Source: a virus. Taken from it: 64,000 nt of DNA. Every line of letters starts with the position of its first letter. Position 1 is the stretch's first letter. Location: the IMG/VR virus record IMGVR_UViG_3300028045_001344, positions 1 to 64,000 of that record. One strand, given 5' to 3'. The notes beneath the pieces are model-generated. The model was not told where the DNA came from and made no database searches. It was given only the letters and a program-made list of their open reading frames with translations. Below are positions 27,101 to 36,233 of this stretch, in pieces. Made by a program: the position numbers and the translations under genes.

Positions 27101-27586
27101 ATCAATTCTTGGGAACCGATAAAAGTTTCCTGGCTTATAAGATTGAGACACCAACTTGAATATATTATTTAATCCAGTTTGGTTTTGAGCTAGAAGAACC
27201 AAGTGAGAGCGACGATTGATGCCGTCTTTAACTTTCTTTGAAGACACTTCGTTTTCTACAGCAAACCCAGTATTGGCTTTTTCTTTTTTTCTTTTCTTGT
27301 CCGCTTTTGCTTCTTCGTTAAGTATTGCCCACTCTTTAATAGAGGGAATGAAATATGCCTCGCATCCATAAATGGGTTTAAAGTTCTTACCCTCCTTTTC
27401 CATTGACTTGGCGTGAAGAACCTGATAGGCTAGTCCATTACAGTTGCCATGATCAGTTAGTGCAAGCGCATCCATACCATTTTCATAGGCAAAGTCCATG
27501 TGCTGCTGTGGATAACCGATGGCGTCGAAAGGCGAACCAGCAGTGGAATGGGCATGTAATCCTACAAACGGAATCTTTGATTTCAT
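24194..27586 (-). CDS. dnaE: DNA polymerase III alpha subunit (family C)
   Basis: PHP motifs LHAHS and TDHGN; RGSAGGSLV, PDIDYD, HAGG, KFDILGL, YGFNKSHA. Confidence 0.96.
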   Translation of the reverse strand: MKSKIPFVGLHAHSTAGSPFDAIGYPQQHMDFAYENGMDALALTDHGNCNGLAYQVLHAKSMEKEGKNFKPIYGCEAYFIPSIKEWAILNEEAKADKKRKKEKANTGFAVENEVSSKKVKDGINRRSHLVLLAQNQTGLNNIFKLVSQSYKPGNFYRFPRIDLEMLREHGEGVIASSACLGGVYATDYWKNKDDGDEKILEAMRTTTENMLGIFGDRWYGELQWWSDQDQHNLNHFVIQVAKEYGVELISTCDSHFYNPEVWKDRELYKRLHPGLAAFHGDMPESLEQVPHELYPKNGDQMWESYKKYSSQLGEKYDDDLIMESIERTYDIAHNRIEKFYPDNTVRLPSFVIPDGLDEDTALSVAASNGLQSQTKHSQEYLDRLKHELEVIKDRGFSRYFLTMKAIADKATSTQLTGPSRGSAGGSLVAYALGITQVDPIKYGLLFSRFLRADATDYPDIDYDVSDPFVLKEMLVKEWGEDNVVPISNWNTLQLRSLIKDISKLYKVPFQEVNKVTSKMVGESIGPAKRDHGIKTGVYAPTFDEVMKYSTTLQQFLRDYPEVETHVRTLVGQVRSCSRHAGGLVVGENLNKYMPLIYSGGVRQTPWTEGQNVRHLEPMGFIKFDILGLSTLRMIEDAIGKVLERHKGITDPLFVEIKNFYDEHLHPDKLDFDNQDIYKNIFHKGKWAGVFQFTEPGAQGFCKKAKPTSLVDIAAITSIFRPGPLGAKVDRDYVEAKENPQYIKYPHPIIQEVTEETYGFLIFQEQIALLAHRLGKDISLDEGNLLRKLLTKKGTGKGAEEKTRIHTKFVAGCSEKGISKKQAEDLWNTFEYFSGYGFNKSHAVGYSILSYQCAWLLNYYPAEWCAAFLNKEPEGRKERAINVVKNLGYDIQEVEINTSGRSWDISTDGQLVQPLTSIKGLGEKAMDQILQNRPFKHVEDFLFNENVSYSKLNKKALDVLVRSGACDSIADDRFKHCKHLWLSTVSDRPKNKKRLEDNITKYCGEIDFTEEERIENVVSLTGIFPFELVMDKKVRERIEHNCVPPIAQFDKDLGLCWLIPRSVTVRQTKNGRDFWIINVIDDTCQSTDIKCWNVRSEDKVHLNRPYITKLDYDDQWGFSTRSVKHNFILVG

Positions 27587-27593
27587 ACCCTAC

Positions 27594-27622
27594 ATGTTAT
27601 AGGAGTGTGAGGGGGTTGTCAA
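27594..27622 (-). promoter_or_regulatory. Sigma70-like promoter of dnaE
   Basis: TTGACA-N17-TAACAT, 7 nt from the ATG. Confidence 0.65.
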
Positions 27623-28560
27623 GTATTTTCTTCATCGTCTACCCCAATTTTTTTCCATGTTCTATATCTTAACATATCGGACTTGGGCCGATTCATTAAC
27701 TTTTGATGTTCTGAGCCAATATATTTACAATAACCTTCCCATGTGCTTATGTCATAATACCATTCCATCTCAATCCAAGTGGTTGGTTTTTGAGTATCAA
27801 TGGCTTCAAAAATATCCTTGAGATCAAAATATCTTCCTGAGTGTCTTTCGGCAAACGGTAGTTTGTTGATGGGGTATTTTCCATCTCTCAGTGGAGAGTT
27901 TGGATCGAACTCTCCTGTGGCTTTTTTCCAGAACAATTGTGAAAATCTTGTCACCTCACTTGCATCAAATGCAAAACCAATGTATTCGTTATCAATCACT
28001 GAATTACCTTCGGGCGTAGTTAGTAAAAAGTTTCCTGGTCGGGATATTGTTTCTCTCCATTTGCGTATGTGTTGTGATGGGAACACTCCATAAGAAAAGG
28101 CTACATAATATTTATCTGGTGTTACCCATTTGGATAGTTGGTAACAAGTTTTGTGAGCCACTTTTGCGCCGTAGATAATGCTCCACACCAATGATTCTTT
28201 TTTCCTCTGATCTTTGGGGTGTATCTCAACATAATAAATAGGAATTGCTTTTTTACTTTCACTTGGGAAGGTGTCAAACTTTCTTCCAATCCAAGCAGGA
28301 TCTTCAACCATCTCTCCTAGTCTGTGTTTTATTAGTGGTTGCATTTTAGAATCGCATACAATCCAAATAGTTTCGCACCCTGCGGTGGCGCATTCCAACA
28401 CAGCTCGCTCGACTGCTAAAAAGTTTTGGGCTATGGGCTGAAGACAGTCGTGCCAAGGTAAATTATAATCCAAACGCTGCCCGGACACAGGAACAATGCC
28501 AGCAAGATGAAACGAATTAATGTTAACGATGTTTTCTTCACTGGAATATTCTTGCGACAT
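27619..28560 (-). CDS. Divergent sugar-nucleotidyltransferase (NTP_transferase)-like protein
   Basis: LAGIVPVSG...LQPI...AVLECATAGCETIWIV and C-terminal WYYDISTWEGY. Confidence 0.55.
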   Translation of the reverse strand: MSQEYSSEENIVNINSFHLAGIVPVSGQRLDYNLPWHDCLQPIAQNFLAVERAVLECATAGCETIWIVCDSKMQPLIKHRLGEMVEDPAWIGRKFDTFPSESKKAIPIYYVEIHPKDQRKKESLVWSIIYGAKVAHKTCYQLSKWVTPDKYYVAFSYGVFPSQHIRKWRETISRPGNFLLTTPEGNSVIDNEYIGFAFDASEVTRFSQLFWKKATGEFDPNSPLRDGKYPINKLPFAERHSGRYFDLKDIFEAIDTQKPTTWIEMEWYYDISTWEGYCKYIGSEHQKLMNRPKSDMLRYRTWKKIGVDDEENT

Positions 28561-29467
28561 AAGATTCTACTAATGGATTTTTATTTATTATATCATCAAA
28601 CGAATCAACATTAAATTTTAATGTATCTGTTGAATCGTAAAGTGTTTTACCGAGGGACTGGATCTCACGAATAGAATTCTCTATCCTTACCGCATAATAT
28701 TTATAACGACTTTTGTTTAGCATGTCGCGACCATTCCTTGCCCCGCGAATGCCAGCACCCTTCATCATCTTGAGTGTTTTGAAGCGAGCATTGATATCAG
28801 AATAATCAAAAGAGTTGAGTTGCTTCTCTGTAAGACAAGAAATAGATACAGCATCTTTATACACTTGGTTGCCGTCAACTCTATCGGTGGGATAGAAAAG
28901 TATTTCACTAACGAATTCTGTGTTATCTTGTATATAATCGTATTCATGTTTCATTCCGCTTCGTACATCAAACCAATCATAAACTTTATATTTCTTTTGT
29001 GGAGGCTGTGTGGGTGTTGGTAAACCAGAAACTCCTTCATCGGTAAAGATAATTAACTCCTCAAAGTTTATTTTTGCCATTCGAGCTTTGTGAGTAAAGA
29101 CTTTAAGTTCTTTATCCCCTACCTTGATTGAAGAAGCCTTATCCGCTACAGGATTTAGTCCAGATAGAGTTAGATAAAAATATAGTTTTTCCCATAATAT
29201 ATCTTTGTTGCTCCCAATAATTTTAGTTGAAGTTGGGCTCACCAGAGTGTGTGAATTATTTTCTAAGCCAAAGAAAGATAAATCTTGCTCGGGACTAAAA
29301 TGATCAAAGCGGTGGGGGTGCTCAAGCTTTACATAGGCAAAGGGTATATTGTTGAGAAAACAATAAAGAAGCGCACTGAGCGAAGAACCAATTACAAATT
29401 TATCATAGGTAAAACTGATGTTTCTTATTTTAGAATGCATAAAAGTAAAATGTCCATATGCCATCAT
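28538..29467 (-). CDS. Hypothetical protein with degenerate Rossmann/FAD-binding N-terminus
   Basis: YDKFVIGSSLSALLYCF resembles a degenerate GxGxxG beta-alpha unit. Confidence 0.45.
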   Translation of the reverse strand: MMAYGHFTFMHSKIRNISFTYDKFVIGSSLSALLYCFLNNIPFAYVKLEHPHRFDHFSPEQDLSFFGLENNSHTLVSPTSTKIIGSNKDILWEKLYFYLTLSGLNPVADKASSIKVGDKELKVFTHKARMAKINFEELIIFTDEGVSGLPTPTQPPQKKYKVYDWFDVRSGMKHEYDYIQDNTEFVSEILFYPTDRVDGNQVYKDAVSISCLTEKQLNSFDYSDINARFKTLKMMKGAGIRGARNGRDMLNKSRYKYYAVRIENSIREIQSLGKTLYDSTDTLKFNVDSFDDIINKNPLVESYVARIFQ

Positions 29468-29508
29468 AACAATAACACATGGACTTCCTTATATGAGTTT
29501 CTTCTTTG

Positions 29509-30552
29509 TTATTTAATGAATTTATACATGGACGGATCTACTTTACGCACTTGGGGTAAGAACCACACTCCATTGATTAACGGCTTCCGCAAAGAGGGAT
29601 GTGAATTAATTCTCTTTACTTCATCTCGAAACCATTGTCTTTCCGCCTGTATTGCCTCTACTGACTTGTTAACAATTACAACATCCTCTAAATGCACAAA
29701 CAAATAAATATTTGGAGAAGATTGGGAATTCGTCTTATCAAATGCAAACGAAACAATGTCCTTACGCAGTTTGCCACGACGAGTTGCAAAATAAACAACA
29801 TTGTTGTTACGGTTGTCGCCCGCTTTTGATCCATCCCATTTAAACGGTAACTGATTACAGTGATTCACAACAAAGTCAACATCCTCGGGGCGCAGATATG
29901 TTTTTATCTTTCCCCGGACTTGTGATGCTGCTTCCTTCTTTGCCACCTTTGTAGCAATCCATTTTTCAATAGTTGCTCCTTTGATGGAGGAATTGCTATA
30001 AATGCTTGTCATTAGCTCTAGAGCTGTCTCCATCCAAAGTTCAGGATTTTGTTCGCGACAGCAACCAGCCTTGCGATCAAAATAGCCATTGTTAACTCGG
30101 TTAGCAATTTGAACCTTTACGTCACAAGAAGTGTTTGGGGAAGACGGCAAATGATCGTTTTGATCACAACCAAAATCATACCACTCATCTTCTGATGGGT
30201 TATCTATCTTGAACTTACCAGAATTAACCAACAATTCAACATTCTCCCCTTCTTTGAGACGACGTTGCATAGCTTTAGTACGTGTAAAGCCGTCGCGCAA
30301 TATCAGATTACCACGAGTGTCTTCACTCACTGTGCAAGGTGATAGTTGTCCATACTTTCTCCAACCCGAATCGTCAGCACGATTCCGCATTGACTCCATC
30401 ATTGATGGCACGTTTGCGTTTAAAACATCCGTATCCCTTACTTGGCTTGGTTTGTCGTCTAAATCGAAAATGTCAGGATTGACAAATTGACTATATTTTG
30501 AATCGAAACCTTTGTCTTGATCTCGATATATGTTATATGTTTCTATTTTCAT
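29509..30552 (-). CDS. ParB/Srx-like N-terminal domain protein
   Basis: QVR...GQLSPCTV...LRDGFTRTKAM; start at 30552 with an AGGAGG RBS. Confidence 0.5.
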   Translation of the reverse strand: MKIETYNIYRDQDKGFDSKYSQFVNPDIFDLDDKPSQVRDTDVLNANVPSMMESMRNRADDSGWRKYGQLSPCTVSEDTRGNLILRDGFTRTKAMQRRLKEGENVELLVNSGKFKIDNPSEDEWYDFGCDQNDHLPSSPNTSCDVKVQIANRVNNGYFDRKAGCCREQNPELWMETALELMTSIYSNSSIKGATIEKWIATKVAKKEAASQVRGKIKTYLRPEDVDFVVNHCNQLPFKWDGSKAGDNRNNNVVYFATRRGKLRKDIVSFAFDKTNSQSSPNIYLFVHLEDVVIVNKSVEAIQAERQWFRDEVKRINSHPSLRKPLINGVWFLPQVRKVDPSMYKFIK

Positions 30553-30621
30553 AATAGAAACCTCCTTTATTAAATTACACACTGCCCGTTTCATAAAGAG
30601 AACTGACCTTGTATTGTCACT

Positions 30622-30650
30622 ATAATATCATATCTAATTTTGGATTTCAA
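30622..30650 (-). promoter_or_regulatory. Sigma70-like promoter
   Basis: TTGAAA-N17-TATTAT with extended TG. Confidence 0.6.
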
Positions 30651-30651
30651 G

Positions 30652-31038
30652 TTAAATCGACAAAGAGCCCAATTTTTTTTGGATCTGTTCAGCCATCTTT
30701 AAATTAAGAATTGTGACTTCTTTCATTTCCGCAATAATAAATTCTCGGTTTTCATCATAAGCGCCTTCAGTCATTATACGAATACCTTCTGAGCGAGCAC
30801 ACATTTTTACAAAATCATCGTGGACAAAAGAAATCATTTCTTGCTTTATCGGATCATCTCCGCACAACGCAGTGGCTTCAGCCAACTTTGCACTTGCATC
30901 TAAATAATCTGTAGTTACCTGCACGAAGCCACTTTCAAACATTTCCATCATTTCTTGTTCTTCGTTATTCTCGTCCATAATCATCCTCATATCGTGTGAT
31001 ATCATCTTCGCCAAAGTATGTTCCAATTTGGGTTTCAA
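30652..31038 (-). CDS. Hypothetical protein
   Basis: Helical ORF; exact start uncertain. Confidence 0.5.
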   Translation of the reverse strand: MKPKLEHTLAKMISHDMRMIMDENNEEQEMMEMFESGFVQVTTDYLDASAKLAEATALCGDDPIKQEMISFVHDDFVKMCARSEGIRIMTEGAYDENREFIIAEMKEVTILNLKMAEQIQKKLGSLSI

Positions 31039-31534
31039 TGAAGACTAAATCTTCTGCTTCGTGCGTATTTTCAATACGATGCTTCATTCCATATGGGATC
31101 ATCACTATGGCAGCAGGGGCGATCTCGTCAGTCTCCCCGTCGCAAGTTAGCTTACCGTGCCCTGAGATGACTACCCACACTTCTGCTCTTTTCTCATGGG
31201 ACTGGTAACTCAGCCTCCCTTTTGGGGTTACAGTAATTTTCTTAACTTTGCAAGTCGAATCATTTAATAAAATTTCATACTTGCCCCATGGTCGGACTTC
31301 TTGAGAGCCTCTTTTTTGTTTTTCCTCTTGGTTGAGTTTGGATAATAAACCATACCAGCGACGAGGACGATTTTTCATTCCAATGTCCAATCTACGTTTA
31401 CCTACAATCTCATCAGGAACAGCACTAAAGCCATCATCTCTCATCATAATATCACAGGCATCAATAACTTCCAGATCAGCTAAAAGACGCGACTGTTTTT
31501 CAATCGCTTTTGTAAGGGTATCTTTATTTTCCAC
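30965..31534 (-). CDS. Cupin, type II phosphomannose isomerase C-terminal domain
   Basis: RPWGKYEIL...KVKKITV.P..RLSYQSH..RAEVWVV...HRIEN...IETQIGTYFGEDDITRYEDDYGR. Confidence 0.9.
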   Translation of the reverse strand: MENKDTLTKAIEKQSRLLADLEVIDACDIMMRDDGFSAVPDEIVGKRRLDIGMKNRPRRWYGLLSKLNQEEKQKRGSQEVRPWGKYEILLNDSTCKVKKITVTPKGRLSYQSHEKRAEVWVVISGHGKLTCDGETDEIAPAAIVMIPYGMKHRIENTHEAEDLVFIETQIGTYFGEDDITRYEDDYGRE

Positions 31535-31535
31535 A

Positions 31536-32282
31536 CTAACCTCGAATCTTGCTTTCGGCTAATTTAAGATAGTATTGTTTTTTCATCGCCTCTGTTTTTG
31601 ATTTAGGGCGGAAGGCACTCCACTTGTCATACATTTCTTTAAATTGAGTTTTCTTGTTATCAATCATAGACCAATATTCGGCTTCGGCATCTTCAACGAC
31701 ACCGAGTTCTGTATATCCCTTGTCACCACCAGCCCAAACGTCTTTGATGGGTTCTCCGGTATTAGTGTAGAGGCGAATAGAATATTCTTCTGGATTGTCT
31801 CGATCTGGACCTCCATAAAGAAATGAATCTTGCTTGTAATCTGCCGCCAGATTCCGCGCTGTGTCAAAAAGACTTTTACCACTTGGGGGTACATCGCCCC
31901 TAGGTTGCTCATAAGCTAACACAGAATATTCTTCCACCACAACCCCTTTGGGGCCGCCTTGTTTATATCCGCTTCGGTACATGTCCACCCAAGGAAATCC
32001 AGATGCCTTAAGACGAATCTTGAGTTTATCTTGGTTCTTATTATTTATCTCTCGTTGTTTGTCTTGCTCTGCTGGTGGCAAATCCTTATCTACTCCGCGA
32101 TGGGCTGTCAGCATAACAAAGGGAATATTTTTATTTTCTATATTATCCTTTACCCGTGATAAAGTAGTTTCGTTAAGGTGCTGTTTTGTTGGCTTCTCTA
32201 GCACTAGAGAGCCGTGGTCCGATAACGCATCGGTAGCCTCCACAACCATATTTTTTAAATCTGTTAAAGTTATTTTTTTCAT
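31536..32282 (-). CDS. Hypothetical protein with MKKITLTDLKNMVVE leader (putative head cargo)
   Basis: Leader plus LVLE and HLNE sites; MLTAHR...N..L...L...G...EEYS...YKQDSFL. Confidence 0.55.
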   Translation of the reverse strand: MKKITLTDLKNMVVEATDALSDHGSLVLEKPTKQHLNETTLSRVKDNIENKNIPFVMLTAHRGVDKDLPPAEQDKQREINNKNQDKLKIRLKASGFPWVDMYRSGYKQGGPKGVVVEEYSVLAYEQPRGDVPPSGKSLFDTARNLAADYKQDSFLYGGPDRDNPEEYSIRLYTNTGEPIKDVWAGGDKGYTELGVVEDAEAEYWSMIDNKKTQFKEMYDKWSAFRPKSKTEAMKKQYYLKLAESKIRG

Positions 32283-32291
32283 ACTTTTTCC

Positions 32292-32657
32292 TTATTCATC
32301 AATCACACCGACAACATAATTTTGATGAATGATGTTAAACGTGTTATCCTCAATTTTTATTTCTTCGATCATGGACTTGTCTACAACGAGTGAAGCATTT
32401 CCGCTATTCTTTGCAGAGGTGGTAAATACGTCGTCCATCGTTCCTCTTTGTGTTGCCCAAGTGGGCTGATCGGGATTAAGATCTCTTAAGAACAAATCGC
32501 AATCTTTCGCCGCGCAGACAAACTTAACTAAACCATATCTTTCCTGCTCGCCGAGGCTCGCGCCATCAGGAATCAGAACAGGGCTCAAATCTGGTTTTTT
32601 TACCTGCGGTATTTTTTGGACAAGCAAGTGTTTATTAAATGGCTTGAACTTACACAC
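32292..32657 (-). CDS. GroES/Cpn10-like co-chaperonin with internal insertion
   Basis: FKPFNKHLLVQ...VLIPD...G.V...IEEIKIED..F.IIHQNYVVGVI. Confidence 0.65.
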   Translation of the reverse strand: MCKFKPFNKHLLVQKIPQVKKPDLSPVLIPDGASLGEQERYGLVKFVCAAKDCDLFLRDLNPDQPTWATQRGTMDDVFTTSAKNSGNASLVVDKSMIEEIKIEDNTFNIIHQNYVVGVIDE

Positions 32658-32910
32658 CGGGCATTTCCTTCTTTACGATTTCCATAAAAGTGCCTAGGTC
32701 GTCTAAATCTACCTTTGTCTTCACAGCGTTATAGGCTTTTTTGACTAATGAAATCTCATTATTAGTAAGCCATTGGTTTTCAATATATTCCGTGCGCAAG
32801 TCCTTACGCTGATCTTGAAAGGGCTGGATTGCTCCATCGATGGCGCGATAAGATTTGATGAGATCCGTCACGCGCTTTTTCTTTTCTTCTGTAATTGTTA
32901 TTGTTGCCAT
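32650..32910 (-). CDS. Small helical protein, possibly a GapR/DsbA-like DNA-binding protein
   Basis: Coiled helix LIKSYRAID......DQRKDLRTEY pattern. Confidence 0.4.
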   Translation of the reverse strand: MATITITEEKKKRVTDLIKSYRAIDGAIQPFQDQRKDLRTEYIENQWLTNNEISLVKKAYNAVKTKVDLDDLGTFMEIVKKEMPGV

Positions 32911-32927
32911 TTTATTTCCTTTTTAGT

Positions 32928-34790
32928 TTAGATAAATTTAACTTCACATGCGCCACCGGCACATGCTACTTCACCAGACAAATTAGTATTGTCATCCACT
33001 TCTATAATCTTGGTTAAGTCAATCTCCTTTAATGAATCGATCATACTATTGTATGTAGCCTCATCACAGTCTTCAAATGGTGCCTGGACATAGTTTCCGC
33101 CGCTAAACGGAAGGACAGATAGTCCATTATAAAATTCACGATTCTTCCACATCCATTCGCCCACCTCATCCCATTCATGATCTTTGATAGAAACTGTAGC
33201 ACTAATGTTATGGGTATTGTTTCCTGAATTGTGACCCGGACGAATCCATTTCTCTGAAAATCCTTTCACTCGTTGCAAGAGTTGTAGGGCCGTTTCATCA
33301 CGTAAGATTGCACCTTCGGGGGCTTTTTGAGGGACCGAAATCACGGCTGTGTCGTGTGGTCTGAAATATTCATCCTCTACTAACTCTGGATGATTGGCTG
33401 ACAGGTAATGATAAATATCTTCGTTCTTTCCGACACGCAAGCGACGAATATAATAATCACTATGCCATGCGTGTATCCCACTAGAACAGCCAAGCACAAT
33501 AGAAGAAGTTCCGGCTGGCTTGATGGTGGTTACTCTTGCGGCGGATCGAATACCAATCAACTCGGCAACTTTTTTGTTTTCCTCTACTGCAATTTGTGCA
33601 GCTTCTTCAAGATCAAATTCCTGTACTTTGCCAGAGCCAACGCCGGTCATACTCACTCCAACTAATGCTTCACGCTCTGTGGTGCGTTGCCAAACAGATC
33701 TCAAATAATGAAACTGTGTATATCCAGCCTGAAGCGTTCCCAGGAAAGATGCTGCTCGCACTCGCTCATTTAAATCTTCTTGACTCGTTACATCGGAAAC
33801 GTTTACTTCACAAAGATTGCAGAACTGAAAAGGTCGTAAGGCAATTTCGCAACAAGGATTAGTTCCCCAATCCTTATCATTAGTAAAATAAATTCCTGGT
33901 TCTCCTGAGTTAGAAAGTTGTATGCGTTGCCAGAGTTCTTTAAAAAATTTCTTGCGTATGCGATGTCTTACAAGAGAGGCACTGTTGTTCGCTCTAGCCC
34001 GTTGGGGATTTGTCTCCCACCAACTACCAGACTTACAGGAAATCATTTCTTTATCGTCCGCTGAAAACAAACTAATAAGAGCAGCACGTCTTATTCCCCC
34101 TGCCAAAACTGCGTCTGCGATGTGGCAAACAATATCATGAACTTCAATGGGCTCAAGCTGATCACCGTCGAGCTTCTCATTTAAAATTCCTTTAATCTGG
34201 CGGATACACGTCTTGAGTGGTTCTGGACCAGGAGCTTTGCCACCAGAAGTTACAAGCTTTGCACCCTTGGATCTAATATCGCTAAAGTCAAAATCTATTG
34301 TGGAGGTTCCCTCAAAATAAGAGCGCATCAATACTTTAACAGCATCAGCCCATCCCTCGATAGAGTCACCAACTAAAAAACGGCGCTTACGATCTTCTCG
34401 GGGCTTGCGGATCTCTGGTAGCTTTTCTACATGATGTTTTTGTACTGAAAAGCCAACACCAGTTCCGCCTAAAAGCAAAAAAAGAATTTCACTAAAAGCT
34501 CGCCAATCATCGACAGGCAAATAGCCACAGTTATAAATACGGTTAGGGCTAATTTCAATTGACTTCCCCGCGAACTGCATTGAACGCATAGAGGGAAGAA
34601 CCTTCCTGTCTTCCACATATTTGTATGCCGCATCTATTTCTCCATTAAGCATCGTATATTTTTTCCGATGCATTTCTTTATTTCTTCCAACAAGTTCCTT
34701 CCAGTTTTCTCTACGATTTTTTTCCTCCATATGTTTCGCATATTTCATAAAGACAGTTATGTCTGATAAGATCTTGCTTGAGATGTCCAT
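32928..34790 (-). CDS. nrdJ: Class II (B12-dependent) monomeric ribonucleotide reductase
   Basis: LPSMR, GGTGVGFS, GGIRRAA, TNPCCEI, CNLCE, IKPAGT and C-terminal ACAGGACE. Confidence 0.92.
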   Translation of the reverse strand: MDISSKILSDITVFMKYAKHMEEKNRRENWKELVGRNKEMHRKKYTMLNGEIDAAYKYVEDRKVLPSMRSMQFAGKSIEISPNRIYNCGYLPVDDWRAFSEILFLLLGGTGVGFSVQKHHVEKLPEIRKPREDRKRRFLVGDSIEGWADAVKVLMRSYFEGTSTIDFDFSDIRSKGAKLVTSGGKAPGPEPLKTCIRQIKGILNEKLDGDQLEPIEVHDIVCHIADAVLAGGIRRAALISLFSADDKEMISCKSGSWWETNPQRARANNSASLVRHRIRKKFFKELWQRIQLSNSGEPGIYFTNDKDWGTNPCCEIALRPFQFCNLCEVNVSDVTSQEDLNERVRAASFLGTLQAGYTQFHYLRSVWQRTTEREALVGVSMTGVGSGKVQEFDLEEAAQIAVEENKKVAELIGIRSAARVTTIKPAGTSSIVLGCSSGIHAWHSDYYIRRLRVGKNEDIYHYLSANHPELVEDEYFRPHDTAVISVPQKAPEGAILRDETALQLLQRVKGFSEKWIRPGHNSGNNTHNISATVSIKDHEWDEVGEWMWKNREFYNGLSVLPFSGGNYVQAPFEDCDEATYNSMIDSLKEIDLTKIIEVDDNTNLSGEVACAGGACEVKFI

Positions 34791-34792
34791 TT

Positions 34793-36169
34793 TTAATTCG
34801 TCCCCTTTATTAGTTTTTTGTATTTGTCTAGCATAAATTTAACTTGTTCTTCATTTGAAAGTGCCGGTGATGATGCCGCATCATTTTCATATTTACCCAA
34901 CACCTTAATATCGACATTTGCGGGGTCCATAAAGATAGAGAACACCAAGCCGTCAGCACCATTTCTATTCTTGGCAATATAAATTCTTCCACCATTTGTT
35001 TGCTTATCCTCTGATGTTCTTGAAACAGAAAAGATAAAGTCCGCGATGAAGCATTTATTGAAAGCCTCAGATATTGCTTGCATGGTGATAATTTCTTGGT
35101 TGAGCCCTGTTCGGTTAGTTTGAGAAGCTGTCCACCCAACACAATTATTTTCTTGCATAAGTGCGCGGAGGTCTTCATAGATCGTTTCTAGTTCTTCTCT
35201 CTTTTCTTTACGCGCAGACAATGTGCGTAACAGATCCGCATAATCAACAATAATCATGTCTGGAATAGTGCCTTGTTGTTTAAGTTTTTCCAGATGAGCG
35301 CGAATTGTATTGGTGGTAGCTGTTTTCGTGGGATACTCTTTTATAATCAAGCTTCCATCTAAACCATCTAAAGTTTTCTTGATGTCCACTTTACGATCCT
35401 TGACTTCGTTCAAGCGAATTCCTGTGATACACGAATCATAACGACCAGCGATGACAGTATCACCCAACTCAAGCGTGTAATGCACCACGGTCATTCCGGC
35501 TTTCACGGCAGTCGCGCCAAGATGAACTAAGACCATTGACTTTCCCACACCAGTAGGAGCGATTACGACACCCAATTCTTTGCGACCACCACCACCCCCG
35601 GTGATCTGATCTACTTTTTCCCATCCCGTCGTGATTGTTTCGCGGGTACTAAGTTCAAATCTTTTTTCAAAATCTTTGATATAATCGTAACCAAAATCTG
35701 CATTTGCACCAGCCTTCAACGCATCATTTATGAGTACAGAAATCTCATCAAAAGAGCATTTTTGGAGGAGTGTAGACGATTTTATCATCGCCTCTCGTAA
35801 CTTCTGCTTACGGCAGAATTCCAAAGCGGTGTCTTTTACAAATTCGGCTGATTGTAATATGGTAATATCAGATAAGACATGAGCAAAATACTCTCTTATT
35901 TGTTTCTGAAGTGTTTCATTTTCGTCTTCTATTTGAGAACGAACAATCGTCTTCATTATTTCAGTTGATGGTTGGGTTCCGTATTTTGTTTTGTAGTTGA
36001 ATATTTTTTGAACAAAAACTTGCAGATGCTTGAATTCTAAAAACTCAACATCCAATACTTCTACCATGCGATCAGCAAAGACGCGATCATCTAATATAAG
36101 AAAGGCTAGTTTTTCCTGAAAGGATTTACCATATTTTGAAAATGAGGCGGGGTCGGTTTTTAAGGTCAT
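34793..36169 (-). CDS. Replicative DnaB/gp41-like helicase
   Basis: APTGVGKS Walker A, YTLE, IIVDYAD, TASQTNR, KNRNG. Confidence 0.92.
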   Translation of the reverse strand: MTLKTDPASFSKYGKSFQEKLAFLILDDRVFADRMVEVLDVEFLEFKHLQVFVQKIFNYKTKYGTQPSTEIMKTIVRSQIEDENETLQKQIREYFAHVLSDITILQSAEFVKDTALEFCRKQKLREAMIKSSTLLQKCSFDEISVLINDALKAGANADFGYDYIKDFEKRFELSTRETITTGWEKVDQITGGGGGRKELGVVIAPTGVGKSMVLVHLGATAVKAGMTVVHYTLELGDTVIAGRYDSCITGIRLNEVKDRKVDIKKTLDGLDGSLIIKEYPTKTATTNTIRAHLEKLKQQGTIPDMIIVDYADLLRTLSARKEKREELETIYEDLRALMQENNCVGWTASQTNRTGLNQEIITMQAISEAFNKCFIADFIFSVSRTSEDKQTNGGRIYIAKNRNGADGLVFSIFMDPANVDIKVLGKYENDAASSPALSNEEQVKFMLDKYKKLIKGTN

Positions 36170-36198
36170 TGTAAGTCTCGATTCCTGAATATTCTGTA

Positions 36199-36227
36199 AG
36201 TGTATAAGAGTGGTTCAAAAGTGTCAA
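36199..36227 (-). promoter_or_regulatory. Sigma70-like promoter upstream of the helicase
   Basis: TTGACA-N17-TACACT. Confidence 0.65.
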
Positions 36228-36233
36228 GTCTTA

